DNA of 45,462 nt, the filler included, from Catajapyx aquilonaris (Eukaryota): NCBI GenBank assembly GCA_000934665.2. It is 2 parts of 2 records of this genome, joined end to end, with 100 filler letters (N's around TTAATTAATTAA, not from the genome) between each part and the next. Parts side by side here need not be neighbours in the genome. Positions count along the whole stretch, not along the records: positions 23,216 to 45,462 come from KZ539431.1; 1 more part is not named here. One strand, given 5' to 3'. Made by a program: the position numbers and the translations under genes. The notes beneath the pieces were generated by a model that searched no databases, was not told the DNA's origin, and saw nothing but the letters and a program-made list of their open reading frames with translations. How positions within the stretch are numbered: position 1 is the stretch's first letter; each line of letters begins with the position of its first letter. This document shows positions 25,856 through 35,995 of this stretch, piece by piece.

Positions 25856-25967
25856 ATGCTGGGTTGGAGGAGATGCCGGCTCTGCTCCAGAACCAGGACA
25901 TCATGCATTTTGCTGGCTATCTTCTGCCTTGCTGCTGTCTATGCTGCACCACCGCGTGCAAAAGGAA
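25856..25967 (+). CDS. Gene A exon 1: signal peptide MLGWRRCRLCSRTRTSCILLAIFCLAAVYA|APPRAKG
   Basis: ATG at 25856, basic n-region, hydrophobic core ILLAIFCLAAV, VYA-A cleavage-like site, consensus donor GTAAGT at 25968. Confidence 0.85.
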
Positions 25968-28900
25968 GTAAGTCGTCATTTCACAGACTGGTTTCCATGT
26001 CTTGTGTTGGTTGTGCTGACACTATCATGAGGAACTTTGGTGACGTTTTTTTTTACAGAAGCCGATGAGAAGGAAAAAGTCGGATCAGGGGAAGGTGTGG
26101 AGCTGAAACCGAGATCGTGGCAGACAAGTGTTAGTGTTAAAAGTACGTCTTTGCTTTTGTGTTGTTGCATATTTTACAAATTGTGTTCTGATCTAACCGC
26201 ATTATGTTTCAACAGAACAGAAAGTCTCGACAGGCGGAGGTGAGCATGTTGAGTTTTTGAGTAACTGTCACTTGATTTTAACGTACTTTTGGTTTTTACA
26301 GGTGGCTTCAGCAGCAGCGCTATGAGTATGAGTGGAGGCGGTAAGTAATAACAGTTTATTAACCTATGTTGGAGATATTTATTGCGTTAGTGTAAGAATA
26401 CAGTCAAATAATTAATCAAATGTAAAAATGACCTGCGGGTATAAGCAATAGGGCCGATAACTACTACCCCCCAATTGGCAAGGGATGATGAATGATAGAC
26501 ACATCTGGCTGAACGTTATTTTGATATACATTTAAGGCGAGAAGTCCAAGAGTCGAGAGGTTTATTCGTATTTAAAATTAAAATACGAACTTTGTTAGGC
26601 GGCCAAGCAGCATTACCGAATCTGATTACTTTCGCTTAATTATGTAATAAACCACATTGACGTAAGTTAAAATGTACCAACGCGCAATTTTTTATTGTAC
26701 AGTGGAAACGATACTAAAAAGACCACAATCGTTTCAAGGCTGAATAATATGAATGTCAAGATGTCTGTGTTTAATCTACGGCTTTAAAACATTATTAAAC
26801 TTTGAAAGGGATTGTTCATCATTTTAAATACCTCAGACTATCCCAGATCACAATAGGCATAGATTACTACGTCTATTGCCACGAGCACTGTGAAACAAAG
26901 GGCATCTAGAAATTCTCTTATTGTATAATTATCATGCTTTCGCTATACCGGTACCTGTAGTTTCTGCATGGTATGAGCCTACGGTACAGATGCAGATATT
27001 TTCTGTTTAAAATAAATTAAGTTTACCGGTACTTTTATAAAGAAACTTGACACTGCACTTTTTTCATTTAACCCTTAATTATTCTAATCATACGCTTAAT
27101 TCTTAATCTTAATTTTAATCATTTCTTAATCTTCATTTTAATCATTTCTTAATCAACTATACTACATGGACTCTTTTTGCTAAATTTTTAAATGCCACTT
27201 TATTCATAACTTGCTTTTCCATATCAATTTCCATACTTAATTGTTGTTACTGATGACACATAGAGTACGTTCCTAAAAGCACCGGTGCGCCGTCTGCTGC
27301 GCCCGGCTGGTTCCCCCTCCGGTACGTCAGGGCTCGGATTAAAGAAACGTTTTTTTGGTACGCACCGGTAACAACAATGGCGACCAACAGTAGAATTCGA
27401 ACATGGAATTAGTCACCCTCTTTCGAAACATCTGCATAGCTCCTCTATAGTGACGATGATGGTGTGGAGAGGGGAAGTGGGAAGAGTTCCAATTCTGGGT
27501 TCCAATCGAACAAAATCTAGGGAATGAGACGGGTTGAAACTAGTTCTATTCACACTCTGGACAACTTCAAGAGAATCAAAACAGAATATTGTTGTTCAGG
27601 CGGCCATCTTAGCATCTTTGACAGAGACCAGGGTCGACCGGACGAACCATATCCCCTAACCCGGTCGTATCGGTCAGCTACCGGTGCTTTTAGGAACGTC
27701 CTCATATTGAACTTGCTTATACTGTAATATCTGGTTGAGTTGTTGCTAAGAAATGACTATCATGATTTTTCCAGGGGGCGCATCAATGGGACATGGGATG
27801 GATATGATGGAACTTATGGGAGGTTTGTTGGTTTGGTGGTTATAGGTATCAGTTTATTATTCATTAATTTTTTATCGCCAGTCACGAATCTAGTGAAATA
27901 GAGACGATGACATCGATTGAAGATTTGAAATGCAGGACGATCACAGCCATATTCTGGTCGAAATTGAGTTGTATATTGGTTAATACAGTTCTCGAAGGTG
28001 GTGTAGTGGTTAGTGCCACAACCGTCCATATCATTTAAAAAAAAGTCAGATCACCTATTACAAGCACGCTTTTTGCAGCATTTAAATTTTTTTGAAATTA
28101 TAAGCTACCTGTAAATATCAAATTAAATAGATTATGCAGGACATTCCAAGTATGCGGGTCGCTTTAGTTATAAGATTTTTTTTTTTTGCTCGAAGTATTT
28201 TTTTTGGTAGCTAGTTGCGCCCCGATCCACGTGCCCTATTATAGAGCAACTGCTTTATTCGACCACTCCTGGGCACATGGATCGGGGCGCAACAAGTATC
28301 ACAAAAATAACTACTTCGCGCGATATTAGTGATAACTAAAAGCGACCTTGATACATGGAACACCCTGTATCTAGTGTACGTACCTTGTCATCGCTGGCTA
28401 CCTCGTCATGAGAAAATGCCGTGAAGAATGTATTAATGCATGCATGTATGTGTTACCGGCAATGTGTGAAATACCTAGGCATTATACAGGGTGTTCCAGA
28501 TTCATGGGTCACTTTTTGATAACTGATATCGCCCGATAGCAGTTATCAAAAAGTGACCCACGAATCTGGAACACCCTGTATATAATGTCTGACGTATGAA
28601 ATGAGCGCCAGCGTCTGTGGCGGGATTGGAGAATCCACGACTTTTGGCTGCTGCGCAACCGGCTGCGGGTAATTCGCTCCCGAGTCATTTCGCTGCCATC
28701 AAATTGGCTGCTGCTTTGCCAAGCTCGAATAGCATGCAACCGTCACCCCGTCCCAACACAGCACAGCAGCGAACTGACTCGGCGGCGAAAAGAATATGTA
28801 AAGGGAGCGAATTTTCCGGGAGCGAATTTTCCGGGATCGAAACTGTTGGAAGCTCAGCCTATCATTCGAAATGACAAATCGATCGAACGTGACAGAACAA

Positions 28901-31900
28901 TTAATGATAAATCAACGCGAGAATGGCGATTGGCAAAGTCACAATAACGTTCATTGGCCTGCGGCACCACAAGACTGACTGTAATGTTGCAGATGCCTAC
29001 AATAAGTGCCCAGCTCTCTGACGCTCGCAATTAACTAAAATCATCACGCAATGCGACGTACCGTGCCTGGCAGGGCCACAAGACGGACAGTACTAGTGCA
29101 GTCACCCCAAAGCCATACAGATGACACCAACATAACGCACACGCACAACACAAAGTGACCGCAGCAAACTGACTCGTCCAAGAATTGAAGAAACCATAAT
29201 AATTCATAATTATCTTTGCTACTGGTTTCAACCTTTGCCATTATTAAACACCAAGTCGTATAATTGAAGTAGTCTACTCTGAATTGCATTCTACAAAAAC
29301 CTTATGGCCATAACCATTTTATCCAGCAACTGTGACCGCAGCCAATTGAATCAGCAACCAAAAGGCACCAGCGAATTGACCAGCAGCCAATATTGTCACG
29401 CTTCGCCACCCCTGAAAAAGGACCCGATTTATTACTGGTTATTTCATACATTACCGGTAACATAATTATGTACCAAGTGTGCATGTGTCTTGGTTATAGT
29501 TGAAGCATATTGAATCTGCATATACTATAATACTACTATACTTTAGGGCAAGGGGGTAATCACTCGACTGAAAAGTGTACACTGGAGTACCAAATTCAAG
29601 GAGTACCACGGAGTAATAAAGAGTGAGGTGCCTGAGGAGTACCAGGGAGTACCACTCCCAGGTGTACACCGGAGTACCGAAGTGATTACCCCCTTGCTTT
29701 AGGGTCATTCAGATGAAAACGAGCCACGGTCATATAGCGCCGGATGGGTACCACATCTTATATACAAAACGAAGGCCGGTTTAGTATTATGACACACTGA
29801 CAGTTGATCATTCGATAACTCGACACAGTCGCAGTGACGCAGTGTGCTTTTGTTCAGCGCNNNNNNNNNNNNNNNCCCCCCCCCCCCCCCGGTCAAAAAG
29901 ACCGTCCAATCCGATATTGAGAAATTTCCTATGGCTCGTTTTAATCTGAATGAACTGTATACCGGTACATCTGGTTGAGTTGTTGCTAAGAATATTGACT
30001 ATCATGATTTTTCTAGGGGGCGGAGGAATGGGACATGGGATGGATATAAGCGTCATGATGGGAGGTTTGTTTGTTTGGTGGTTTGTTACCCTATCATTTC
30101 ATTATTCATTAATATTATTTTTATGACCAGTTACGAATCTAGTGAAATAGAGACGATAACATCGGTAGAATAATTGAAATTCGCGATCACAGTCACATTC
30201 TGGTCGAAATTGTATATATTGGTTAATACAGTTATCGAAGGTGGTGTAGTGGTTAGTACCACAACCTTTCACCTCTGGTGTCCCTAATTCAATCCCACAT
30301 TTTTTTATTAATCCGGTCTACTACAAGTATATTATACGCACGCTTTTTGCAGCATTTTAAAACTGTTTTAAATTTTAATATGAAAACCTACCTTTAAGTA
30401 TCAAATTACATAGATTATACAGAATGTTTCAAGTCTGCGGGTATAGCTTTAGTTACATAGGAAATTTCGCTCGAAGCTGTTATTTTTTTGTAGCTTGTTG
30501 CACCCTGCTCCACAGCAACTGCTATATTCAACTGGGGCGCAAGAAACTACACAAAAATAAACTACTTCTGGAGATATTATCGATAACGAAAAACGACCCT
30601 GATACTTGAAACACCCTGTATCCAATGTTTACGTACAGTACCTGGTCATCGCTGGCTTCTCTATCATCATACAGTACATACATACACACATACATACGTC
30701 ATACATTATAACATACCACATACATCATACAGATATTATAGTATGGGCATGTTCAGAGAGAGAGAGTATTCACCATCTGTAACCTAGCCACATACATACA
30801 TACGTATGTATGCTTGTATGTATGTGTCTTGGTTATACTCTCTCTGAACATGCCCATATTATAATACCCGGTTAAGTTGTTGCTCAGTATTGACTATCAT
30901 GAATATTTTCCAGGAGGCGGTTCTTCAGGACTTGAGATGGGCGAATTTATGTCAGGATCTTCTGGTTAGTTATCCTTTAATTTTTCATTGATTTTTATAG
31001 TCAGTTATAAATCTAGTGAAATAGAAACAATGGCATCAATATTGAAAATTTAAAATTCAGAACGATCACAGTCACATTATGACAGTTAGGTATTAGTCAA
31101 AGTATATCTTTGGTATTAGTTAACACAGTCCTCGAAGGTTGTGTAGTGGTTAGAGCCACAACCTTCCACCTCTGAGGTCCCTCATTAAATTCCCAGTTGG
31201 GATGGAGGATTTTCTCACATAAAGTTGGTTCTCTCATTGTTCACGTTGGTTTTGTCGGTTCCTACCGCATTCAAAATCCATCAACTTTGAGTATTAACCT
31301 CCTGAGACCCCTAGTACACCTTTCAATCACCTTTGTTTTTTTTTACGCGTTTGAGTTAGTCAGAAGGTGATGGAAAAAACAAAGGTACAGTATACTGTAC
31401 CAGGGGTCTCAGGAGGTTAATGAATCAATTCAGGAATTAAGTGAGGATTTCTTAAGAGGTCAGTTGAGTTTTCTGATTCAAAAATCACATCCCTTTAGAA
31501 AAGTTTTTGACAGATATTTATCCCGTAAGGAATAAATGCAATCTTCAAACCTGCAACCCTTCTATAGAGAAACTGTCAAATGTGACTCTGAGCTTTTTGA
31601 ATTTTAATTCTTCAGTTCTAATTTCGTAATGATCTTTGTTTAGGAGGAATGGGGATGGGGATGGCGCACTCTGGTGGTGCAAAAATGTCGTCGTCGCGTA
31701 GTATGACCATGAGTAGTTCTTCATCGAGCATGGGAGGAGGAGGAGGTTCATTTGCTAGCATGGGAGGAGGAGGAGGAGGTTCATTTTCTAGCATGACCAA
31801 ATCCAGTTCCGGCATGAGTGGTGGTGGTGGATTTAGTAGCGGCATGGTAGGAGGAGGAGGAAGTTCATCATTTTCTAGCAGCATGACCAAATCCAGTTCT

Positions 31901-34900
31901 GGAATGAGTGGTGGTGGTGGTGGATTTAGTAGCGAGATGGCAGGATTTGGTGGTGGTATGGGTGGTATGCACGGATCATCTGACACCTCATTAACTATTA
32001 GCATGGCCGGAGGAAGTAAGAAGATGAAGAAGACAGGTGGTGTTGGGCAGCTGAACTTTGAAATGGGCGGAGCACATGGGGGTTCGTCTGATGCGGTGAT
32101 GGGCATCAACGTTGGAGGAATGCGTCAAACTACTAAAAAGAAGGGGAAAATGACCATTACCGCCCACGAAATGAATATAGATGGTATGGATTCTGACTCT
32201 GGTGAGTCTGTCGAACACGAAACTACTTTCAATATAAACCTCAAGGGGAAAGGAAAGGGACAACCTGGAAAAAATAGAGGAGGCAAAGGAAAGCTCGATG
32301 ATGATGACGATGATGATGACACCGCCGAAAATGATGGGCCAGGGAGAAATAAAAAGAAGCCAAAGTTCGGTGGTAGCGGGAAGCTTACTGTTGATATAAA
32401 CTTAATGACAGTCAAAGGGAAAGGGAAAGGCGGAGGCGGAATCATAATGGGAGATGATGACGATGATGACGACGGCCCGAGTCCAAAAGGACGGGGACCA
32501 AAGGGCAAGAAGCCGAAGGGGGGAGACTATGACGATGATGACGATGGCCCGAGTCCAAAAGGACGGGGACCAAAGGGCAAGAAGCCGAAGGGGGGAGACT
32601 ATGACGATGATGACGACGATGGCCCGAGTCCAAAAGGACGGGGACCAAAGGGCAAGAAGCCGAAGGGGGGAGACTATGACGATGATGACGACGATGGCCC
32701 AGATCCAAAAGGACGGGCACCAAAGGGAAAGAAGCCGAAGGGTCCTCGAGGTGGCCCTGGAAATATTAATATTGAGCTTAACTTGGGAGGGGGAGGAGGA
32801 GGAGATGACGACGACGATGATGATGATGTTCCAAGTGGACGGGGACCTAAGGGCAAGAAGCCGAAAGGACCAAAAGGTGGCCGTGGGCAGCCTGTCGACG
32901 ATGACGATGATGGTGACGATGGCCCATATCCAAGTGGACCGGGACCTAAGGGCAAGAAGCCAAAAGGACCAAAAGGTGGCCGTGGGCAGCCTGTCGACGA
33001 TGACGATGATGGTGACGATGGCCCATATCCAAGTGGACCGGGACCTAAGGGCAAGAAGCCAAAAGGACCAAGAGGTGGCAAAGGGAAACTCGCTCCTGAT
33101 TTGGACGATGATGACGAACCGGATGGAGGAGACATAGGTATAACAGTGAACCTTAAGACCAAAGGTAAGAAACCTAAGGGTAAAGGCGCTAGACCAGACG
33201 ACGACGACGACGACGTTGACGACGACGACGACGATGAGCCTAACAACAGAGGAAAAGGCCGTCCTCGTCCCAAAGGGAAAAAACGTAAGTAACCAATGCT
33301 GTAGGCCTACGTTGAATATACAATAGCCTAATATTTATTATTTTAAGCTATAATGCTCATAATAAGTAATATATGATTATACTGTGACTATAAATTTTCA
33401 AAATTAAAATTAATTTATTCTTTCATAAAAAAAGTTTCACCGATATCCTTGCTCTGTACATAATAATCATCTGTTCTTTCTACTTCCCTCCCCCTTTATA
33501 CCGCCTTCTTTCTATTACTGTTATGGATATGTAATTCTAATTTTGTAAACTGTAGCGGCTGGCCCAAGTGACGACGACGACGGGTCTGACGAGGAGGATT
33601 CAGAAGGTAAGAATGAAATGATACCAAGTGATTTTTTGGTCTGAATTAACATATTATATTATTTCACCATAACACGACATAAACAGAAGCCAGGAGGATC
33701 TTGATAACTCTAAACAGTAAGTAGGATACACAACGTGGCAGTTATCTAGATAAAATAACGCCATATTTTTTGTTTTGTTTTTTGTTGCAGAAAGTGGAGA
33801 CGAATGCTTCACTACTCAGTGCATGCATCCGTCGGATCCAAGCAAATGCAGGAAAATGGACGTTCCAGGCGAATGTTGTCCCACTTGGCATTGCGATAGT
33901 ATGTTTTCAGTGAAAAAGTATGTAGATATTCCACACTAAATGCTTGTTACTTGACAGAGCCCAAGAAAGGAAGCAAAGAGGATAAGTGTTCAAACATCAA
34001 ATGCGTTGATCCGCCTAAGAGCTTCAGCTGTGAGTTAGAGCCCGCAGAAGAAGGAGAATGCTGCCCTACTTTTGACTGCCAATGTAAAGTATATCTCATT
34101 CACTTAAAAAAAATGTTCAGCATGCAATATATAATGACTAATGAGGTACTTTCTCAGTAGTAGTAGTAAAGTAGTAGTAAGTTAGTCCAACATATAGCCT
34201 AAATATTGCAGTTAATTGAGTAGAGGTCTGTATAAAATTTTTAATAATGTTTTAACTCTCTGATTAGAGCTACTATACTGTATAAATGTTAAATTAGGAT
34301 TTTTCTACGTGATCAAATTGTACCGAATGTCTCGTACTTTCTAATATTAGAAAGTACGAGACATTCGGTACAATTTGATCACGTAGAAAAATCCGAATTT
34401 AACATTTATACAGTATAGTAGCTCTAATCAGAGAGTTAAAACATTATTAAAAATAATTATTAAAAATAATGGAACACAAGTAATTGAATTTATTGATGAC
34501 ATATTATGGAATTCAGCGGTCTTATGCTCCATAGATCGGTCAACGTAAGAACGCAACCGAGTGTGCATCGCCGTGGCGCACATGAATCACAAGTGATCTG
34601 TATGGCCATGCCAGTGTCAGAAATAAGTGTAACCTACAACAGATCATATCGTGCTTATGCACAGATCACTTCTCATTCCAGAATTGCATCTTCTGCGCCA
34701 CACTCCGTTGCGTACTTAAGTTGACCGATCTACACTACGCTCATATTCATGATTTTTCTATGGCATGCTACATGCAGGAACCGAAATATTGGCACGGTAA
34801 AACCCATTATTACCCTCAATGCACGGATGGCATGGTGACATAGTTGTTATCGTTACTGTCTTTCCCCCGCTTTCGATCAAGCGTGCGTTATAATGTGCCT

Positions 34901-35860
34901 CCGAAGCTAAGGTTTAGAGAGATTGATTTAAATTTAAATTTATTCTGTGTTTGTTTTGGCACCGAATGAAGCTTGGAATCTTCTTTCACAGCTCTGTCCT
35001 TATCAGTCACAGTGACAGACGAAGACACCTGCGACGTTAACGATTGCGTTGAGCCACCTCTGAACATGGATTGCGTGGCCAAGCAAGTGGAAGGCAAATG
35101 CTGTCCCGCCTGGGCCTGCAAGAGTACTGTCATGGCCGCAGCAATGACCCAAACGGCAGGAATGACGGGAATGGCGGGAATGGGAATGGGTATGGGTATG
35201 GCAGGGGGAGGTTGGGCTGTCCAGACCAGATATGGTAGAAGGCGTGGGTACCAAGGTGGGTACGCCACCACCTCTACTACTTATACTACTGGTCGTCGCA
35301 CCGGTGGTCTATTCGCCCCATTAGTCCGAGGGGCCACTGGCATAATTGCGGCAGCAGCAAACACTATAGGAATGTCAGGTAACATGAACTATCATACGCC
35401 TGGATCTTCGGTTGGCATTATGGTGCCTCCAGCCCAGAGCACCAGAATGAAGGCCTCTATGACTCGCACCATCACTGGTGGAGGAGGTGGAGGTATGGCG
35501 GCAACACACGTACGAGGTGGAGGTATGGCCTTTAGCGGAAGTGGACTAGGATTCTCCGGTAGCGGTGGCGGTAGCGGATTAGGATTCGCCAGTGGCGGTG
35601 GCAGTAGCGGATTTTCATCAAGCTCGACAAAAGTAATTACCTCCTCTGGAATGGCAGGTGGTAGCGCCATGGGTCTTGGAATGGCAGGTGGTAGCAGCAT
35701 GGGTCATGCAATGGCAGGTGGTAGCGGCATGGGTCTTGGAATGGTAGGTGGAATAGGAGGTGCATCTGGAATGAGCGCATCCTACTCTTCTGGTTACGGC
35801 TCTGCTGGAGGCTTCGCTCAGAGTACCTCCTACAAAGCAACTCGCGTATCCGCCGGCTAA
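25856..35860 (+). CDS. Gene A (whole model): 12-exon secreted low-complexity structural protein, ~1050 aa; Gly/Met/Ser-rich, Asp/Lys block repeats, three VWC-like Cys modules
   Basis: Manual splice model: join(25856..25967,26059..26094,26216..26239,26302..26340,27775..27822,30017..30064,30914..30964,31644..33284,33556..33606,33791..33898,33958..34083,34992..35860) = 3153 nt, one open frame ending TAA. All 11 introns are GT-AG and phase 1; all 10 internal exons are multiples of 3. Confidence 0.85.
26059..26094 (+). CDS. Gene A exon 2 (36 nt; KADEKEKVGSGE)
   Basis: Acceptor ttttttttacAG, donor AG|GTGTGG (weaker), phase 1-1. A NAGNAG alternative acceptor 3 nt downstream is possible. Confidence 0.7.
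26216..26239 (+). CDS. Gene A exon 3 (24 nt; EQKVSTGG)
   Basis: Acceptor tgtttcaacAG, donor AG|GTGAGC, phase 1-1. Confidence 0.75.
26302..26340 (+). CDS. Gene A exon 4 (39 nt; GGFSSSAMSMSGG)
   Basis: Acceptor tttttacAG, donor GTAAGT, phase 1-1; composition matches exon 8. Confidence 0.85.
27263..27703. mobile_element. MITE (441 bp), 24-bp TIRs, 3-bp ATA TSD
   Basis: gagtacgttcctaaaagcaccggt / accggtgcttttaggaacgtcctc (23/24), flanked by ata on both sides. Confidence 0.88.
27775..27822 (+). CDS. Gene A exon 5 (48 nt; GGASMGHGMDMMELMG)
   Basis: Acceptor tttttccAG, donor AG|GTTTGT, phase 1-1; paralogous to exon 6. Confidence 0.8.
28137..28367. mobile_element. Decayed MITE of the cagggtgttcca family
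   Basis: Right end ggaacaccctg|ta; internal arms gttgcgccccgatcca / tggatcggggcgcaac. Confidence 0.7.
28487..28578. mobile_element. 92-bp near-palindromic MITE, TA TSD (Tc1/mariner-like)
   Basis: TA|cagggtgttccagattc...gaatctggaacaccctg|TA; internally deleted relative to the 18298 copy. Confidence 0.88.
29549..29696. mobile_element. hAT-type MITE (148 bp)
   Basis: Perfect 16-bp TIR caagggggtaatcact, 8-bp TSD ctttaggg (29541-48, 29697-704), internal ggagtacc repeats. Confidence 0.88.
29861..29875. other. Assembly gap (15 N) in gene A intron 5
   Basis: N run next to a poly-C tract. Confidence 0.95.
30017..30064 (+). CDS. Gene A exon 6 (48 nt; GGGGMGHGMDISVMMG)
   Basis: Acceptor tttttctAG, donor AG|GTTTGT, phase 1-1; duplicate of exon 5 with the frame kept open. 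Confidence 0.8.
30420..30618. mobile_element. Duplicate of the 28137 MITE carried in exon unit B
   Basis: Colinear with 28137-28367, at the same position within the duplicated unit. Confidence 0.7.
30734..30866. mobile_element. Small inverted-repeat element / MITE
   Basis: tattatagtatgggcatgttcagagagag / ctctctctgaacatgcccatattataata arms around (TACA)n/(TGTA)n. Confidence 0.7.
30914..30964 (+). CDS. Gene A exon 7 (51 nt; GGGSSGLEMGEFMSGSS)
   Basis: Acceptor ttttccAG, donor GTTAGT, phase 1-1; flanks homologous to those of exons 5 and 6. Confidence 0.8.
31135..31285 (+). mobile_element. Decayed SINE related to the 18552 element (truncated heads also at ~27996 and ~30238)
   Basis: gtgtagtggttag...ccacctctgaggtccc...ggatggaggat...tcaaaatccatca colinear with the 18552 SINE. 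Confidence 0.7.
31298..31416. mobile_element. piggyBac-like MITE (119 bp)
   Basis: TTAA on both sides; TIR cctcctgagacccctRgtaca (20/21). Confidence 0.85.
31644..33284 (+). CDS. Gene A exon 8 (1641 nt): Gly/Met/Ser-rich region then poly-Asp / KGKKPKG block repeats
   Basis: 547-codon ORF; acceptor tctttgtttAG at 31642-43; consensus donor GTAAGT at 33285, just before the ORF's stop, so that stop is intronic. Confidence 0.93.
32474..32745 (+). repeat. Coding tandem repeat, 72-75 nt unit (GPSPKGRGPKGKKPKGGDYD5-6), ~3.7 copies
   Basis: Unit starts at 32474, 32546, 32621, 32696. Confidence 0.95.
32831..33080 (+). repeat. Coding tandem repeat, 99 nt unit (PSGxGPKGKKPKGPKGGRGQPVDDDDDGDDGPY), ~2.5 copies
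   Basis: Unit starts at 32831, 32930, 33029. Confidence 0.95.
33556..33606 (+). CDS. Gene A exon 9 (51 nt; PAGPSDDDDGSDEEDSE)
   Basis: Acceptor ctgtAG, donor AG|GTAAGA, phase 1-1; acidic composition continues exon 8. Confidence 0.85.
33791..33898 (+). CDS. Gene A exon 10: Cys module 1 (ESGDECFTTQCMHPSDPSKCRKMDVPGECCPTWHCD)
   Basis: Long T-rich acceptor ending gcAG, donor GTATGT, phase 1-1; C-x4-C-x8-C-x8-CCP-x3-C. Confidence 0.9.
33958..34083 (+). CDS. Gene A exon 11: Cys module 2 (KPKKGSKEDKCSNIKCVDPPKSFSCELEPAEEGECCPTFDCQ)
   Basis: Follows a 59-nt intron; acceptor ttgacAG, donor GTAAAG, phase 1-1; nearly the same Cys spacing as exon 10 (x9 instead of x8 before CC). Confidence 0.88.
34237..34454. 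repeat. 218-bp spacerless palindrome in gene A intron 11
   Basis: 109-bp arms centred on ctaat|attag (34345/34346); one mismatch seen (34296/34395). Confidence 0.95.
34532..34732. mobile_element. MITE (~200 bp) with TA-bounded TIRs
   Basis: tagatcggtcaacgtaagaacgcaaccgagtgtg / cacactccgttgcgtacttaagttgaccgatcta. Confidence 0.82.
34992..35860 (+). CDS. Gene A exon 12 (terminal): Cys module 3 plus Gly/Met/Ser/Ala-rich tail
   Basis: Acceptor tcttctttcacAG in phase 1 with the 295-aa ORF; CDVNDCVEPPLNMDCVAKQVEGKCCPAWAC; stop TAA 35858-35860. Confidence 0.9.
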
Positions 35861-35989
35861 TTGAGATTGATTACAGAATTTTTGGCCCAAGATCGGTCTG
35901 TTTGAGTGTAAAAATAATTGTTTTTGCAAAGTGTGTGAGAGAAATAATGTATAGGAGATGCATTTGTAAGTAATCCATCAAGGAATGGC

Positions 35990-35995
35990 AATAAA
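35990..35995 (+). promoter_or_regulatory. Candidate polyadenylation signal of gene A
   Basis: AATAAA ~130 nt after the stop codon. Confidence 0.4.

Larger units (their letters stand above)
27729..31180 (+). repeat. Three paralogous exon+intron units (A ~27729-28399, B ~29969-30657, C ~30868-31180)
   Basis: Shared gttgttgct...tgactatcatga before each exon; aatctagtgaaataga and cgaaggt.gtgtagtggttag after it. Confidence 0.92.

Noticed and set aside
25771..25971. Cys-rich small peptide MHFAGYLLPCCCLCCTTACKRK
   Set aside because: Alternative frame of the gene A signal-peptide exon; the signal-peptide frame is the one that reads through all downstream exons.
31618..33273. Antisense and alternative-frame ORFs over gene A exon 8 (163, 127, 199, 227 aa)
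   Set aside because: Shadows of a repetitive, codon-biased coding sequence; no independent splice or start support.
32474..33284. Collagen triple-helix domain (GPK-rich)
   Set aside because: The Gly-X-Y register breaks every two or three triplets (GPKGKKPKG) and is interrupted by Asp runs.
31649..33292. 547-aa ORF as a complete single-exon gene
   Set aside because: It lacks a signal peptide and is bounded by a good acceptor and a GTAAGT donor that link in frame to neighbouring exons.
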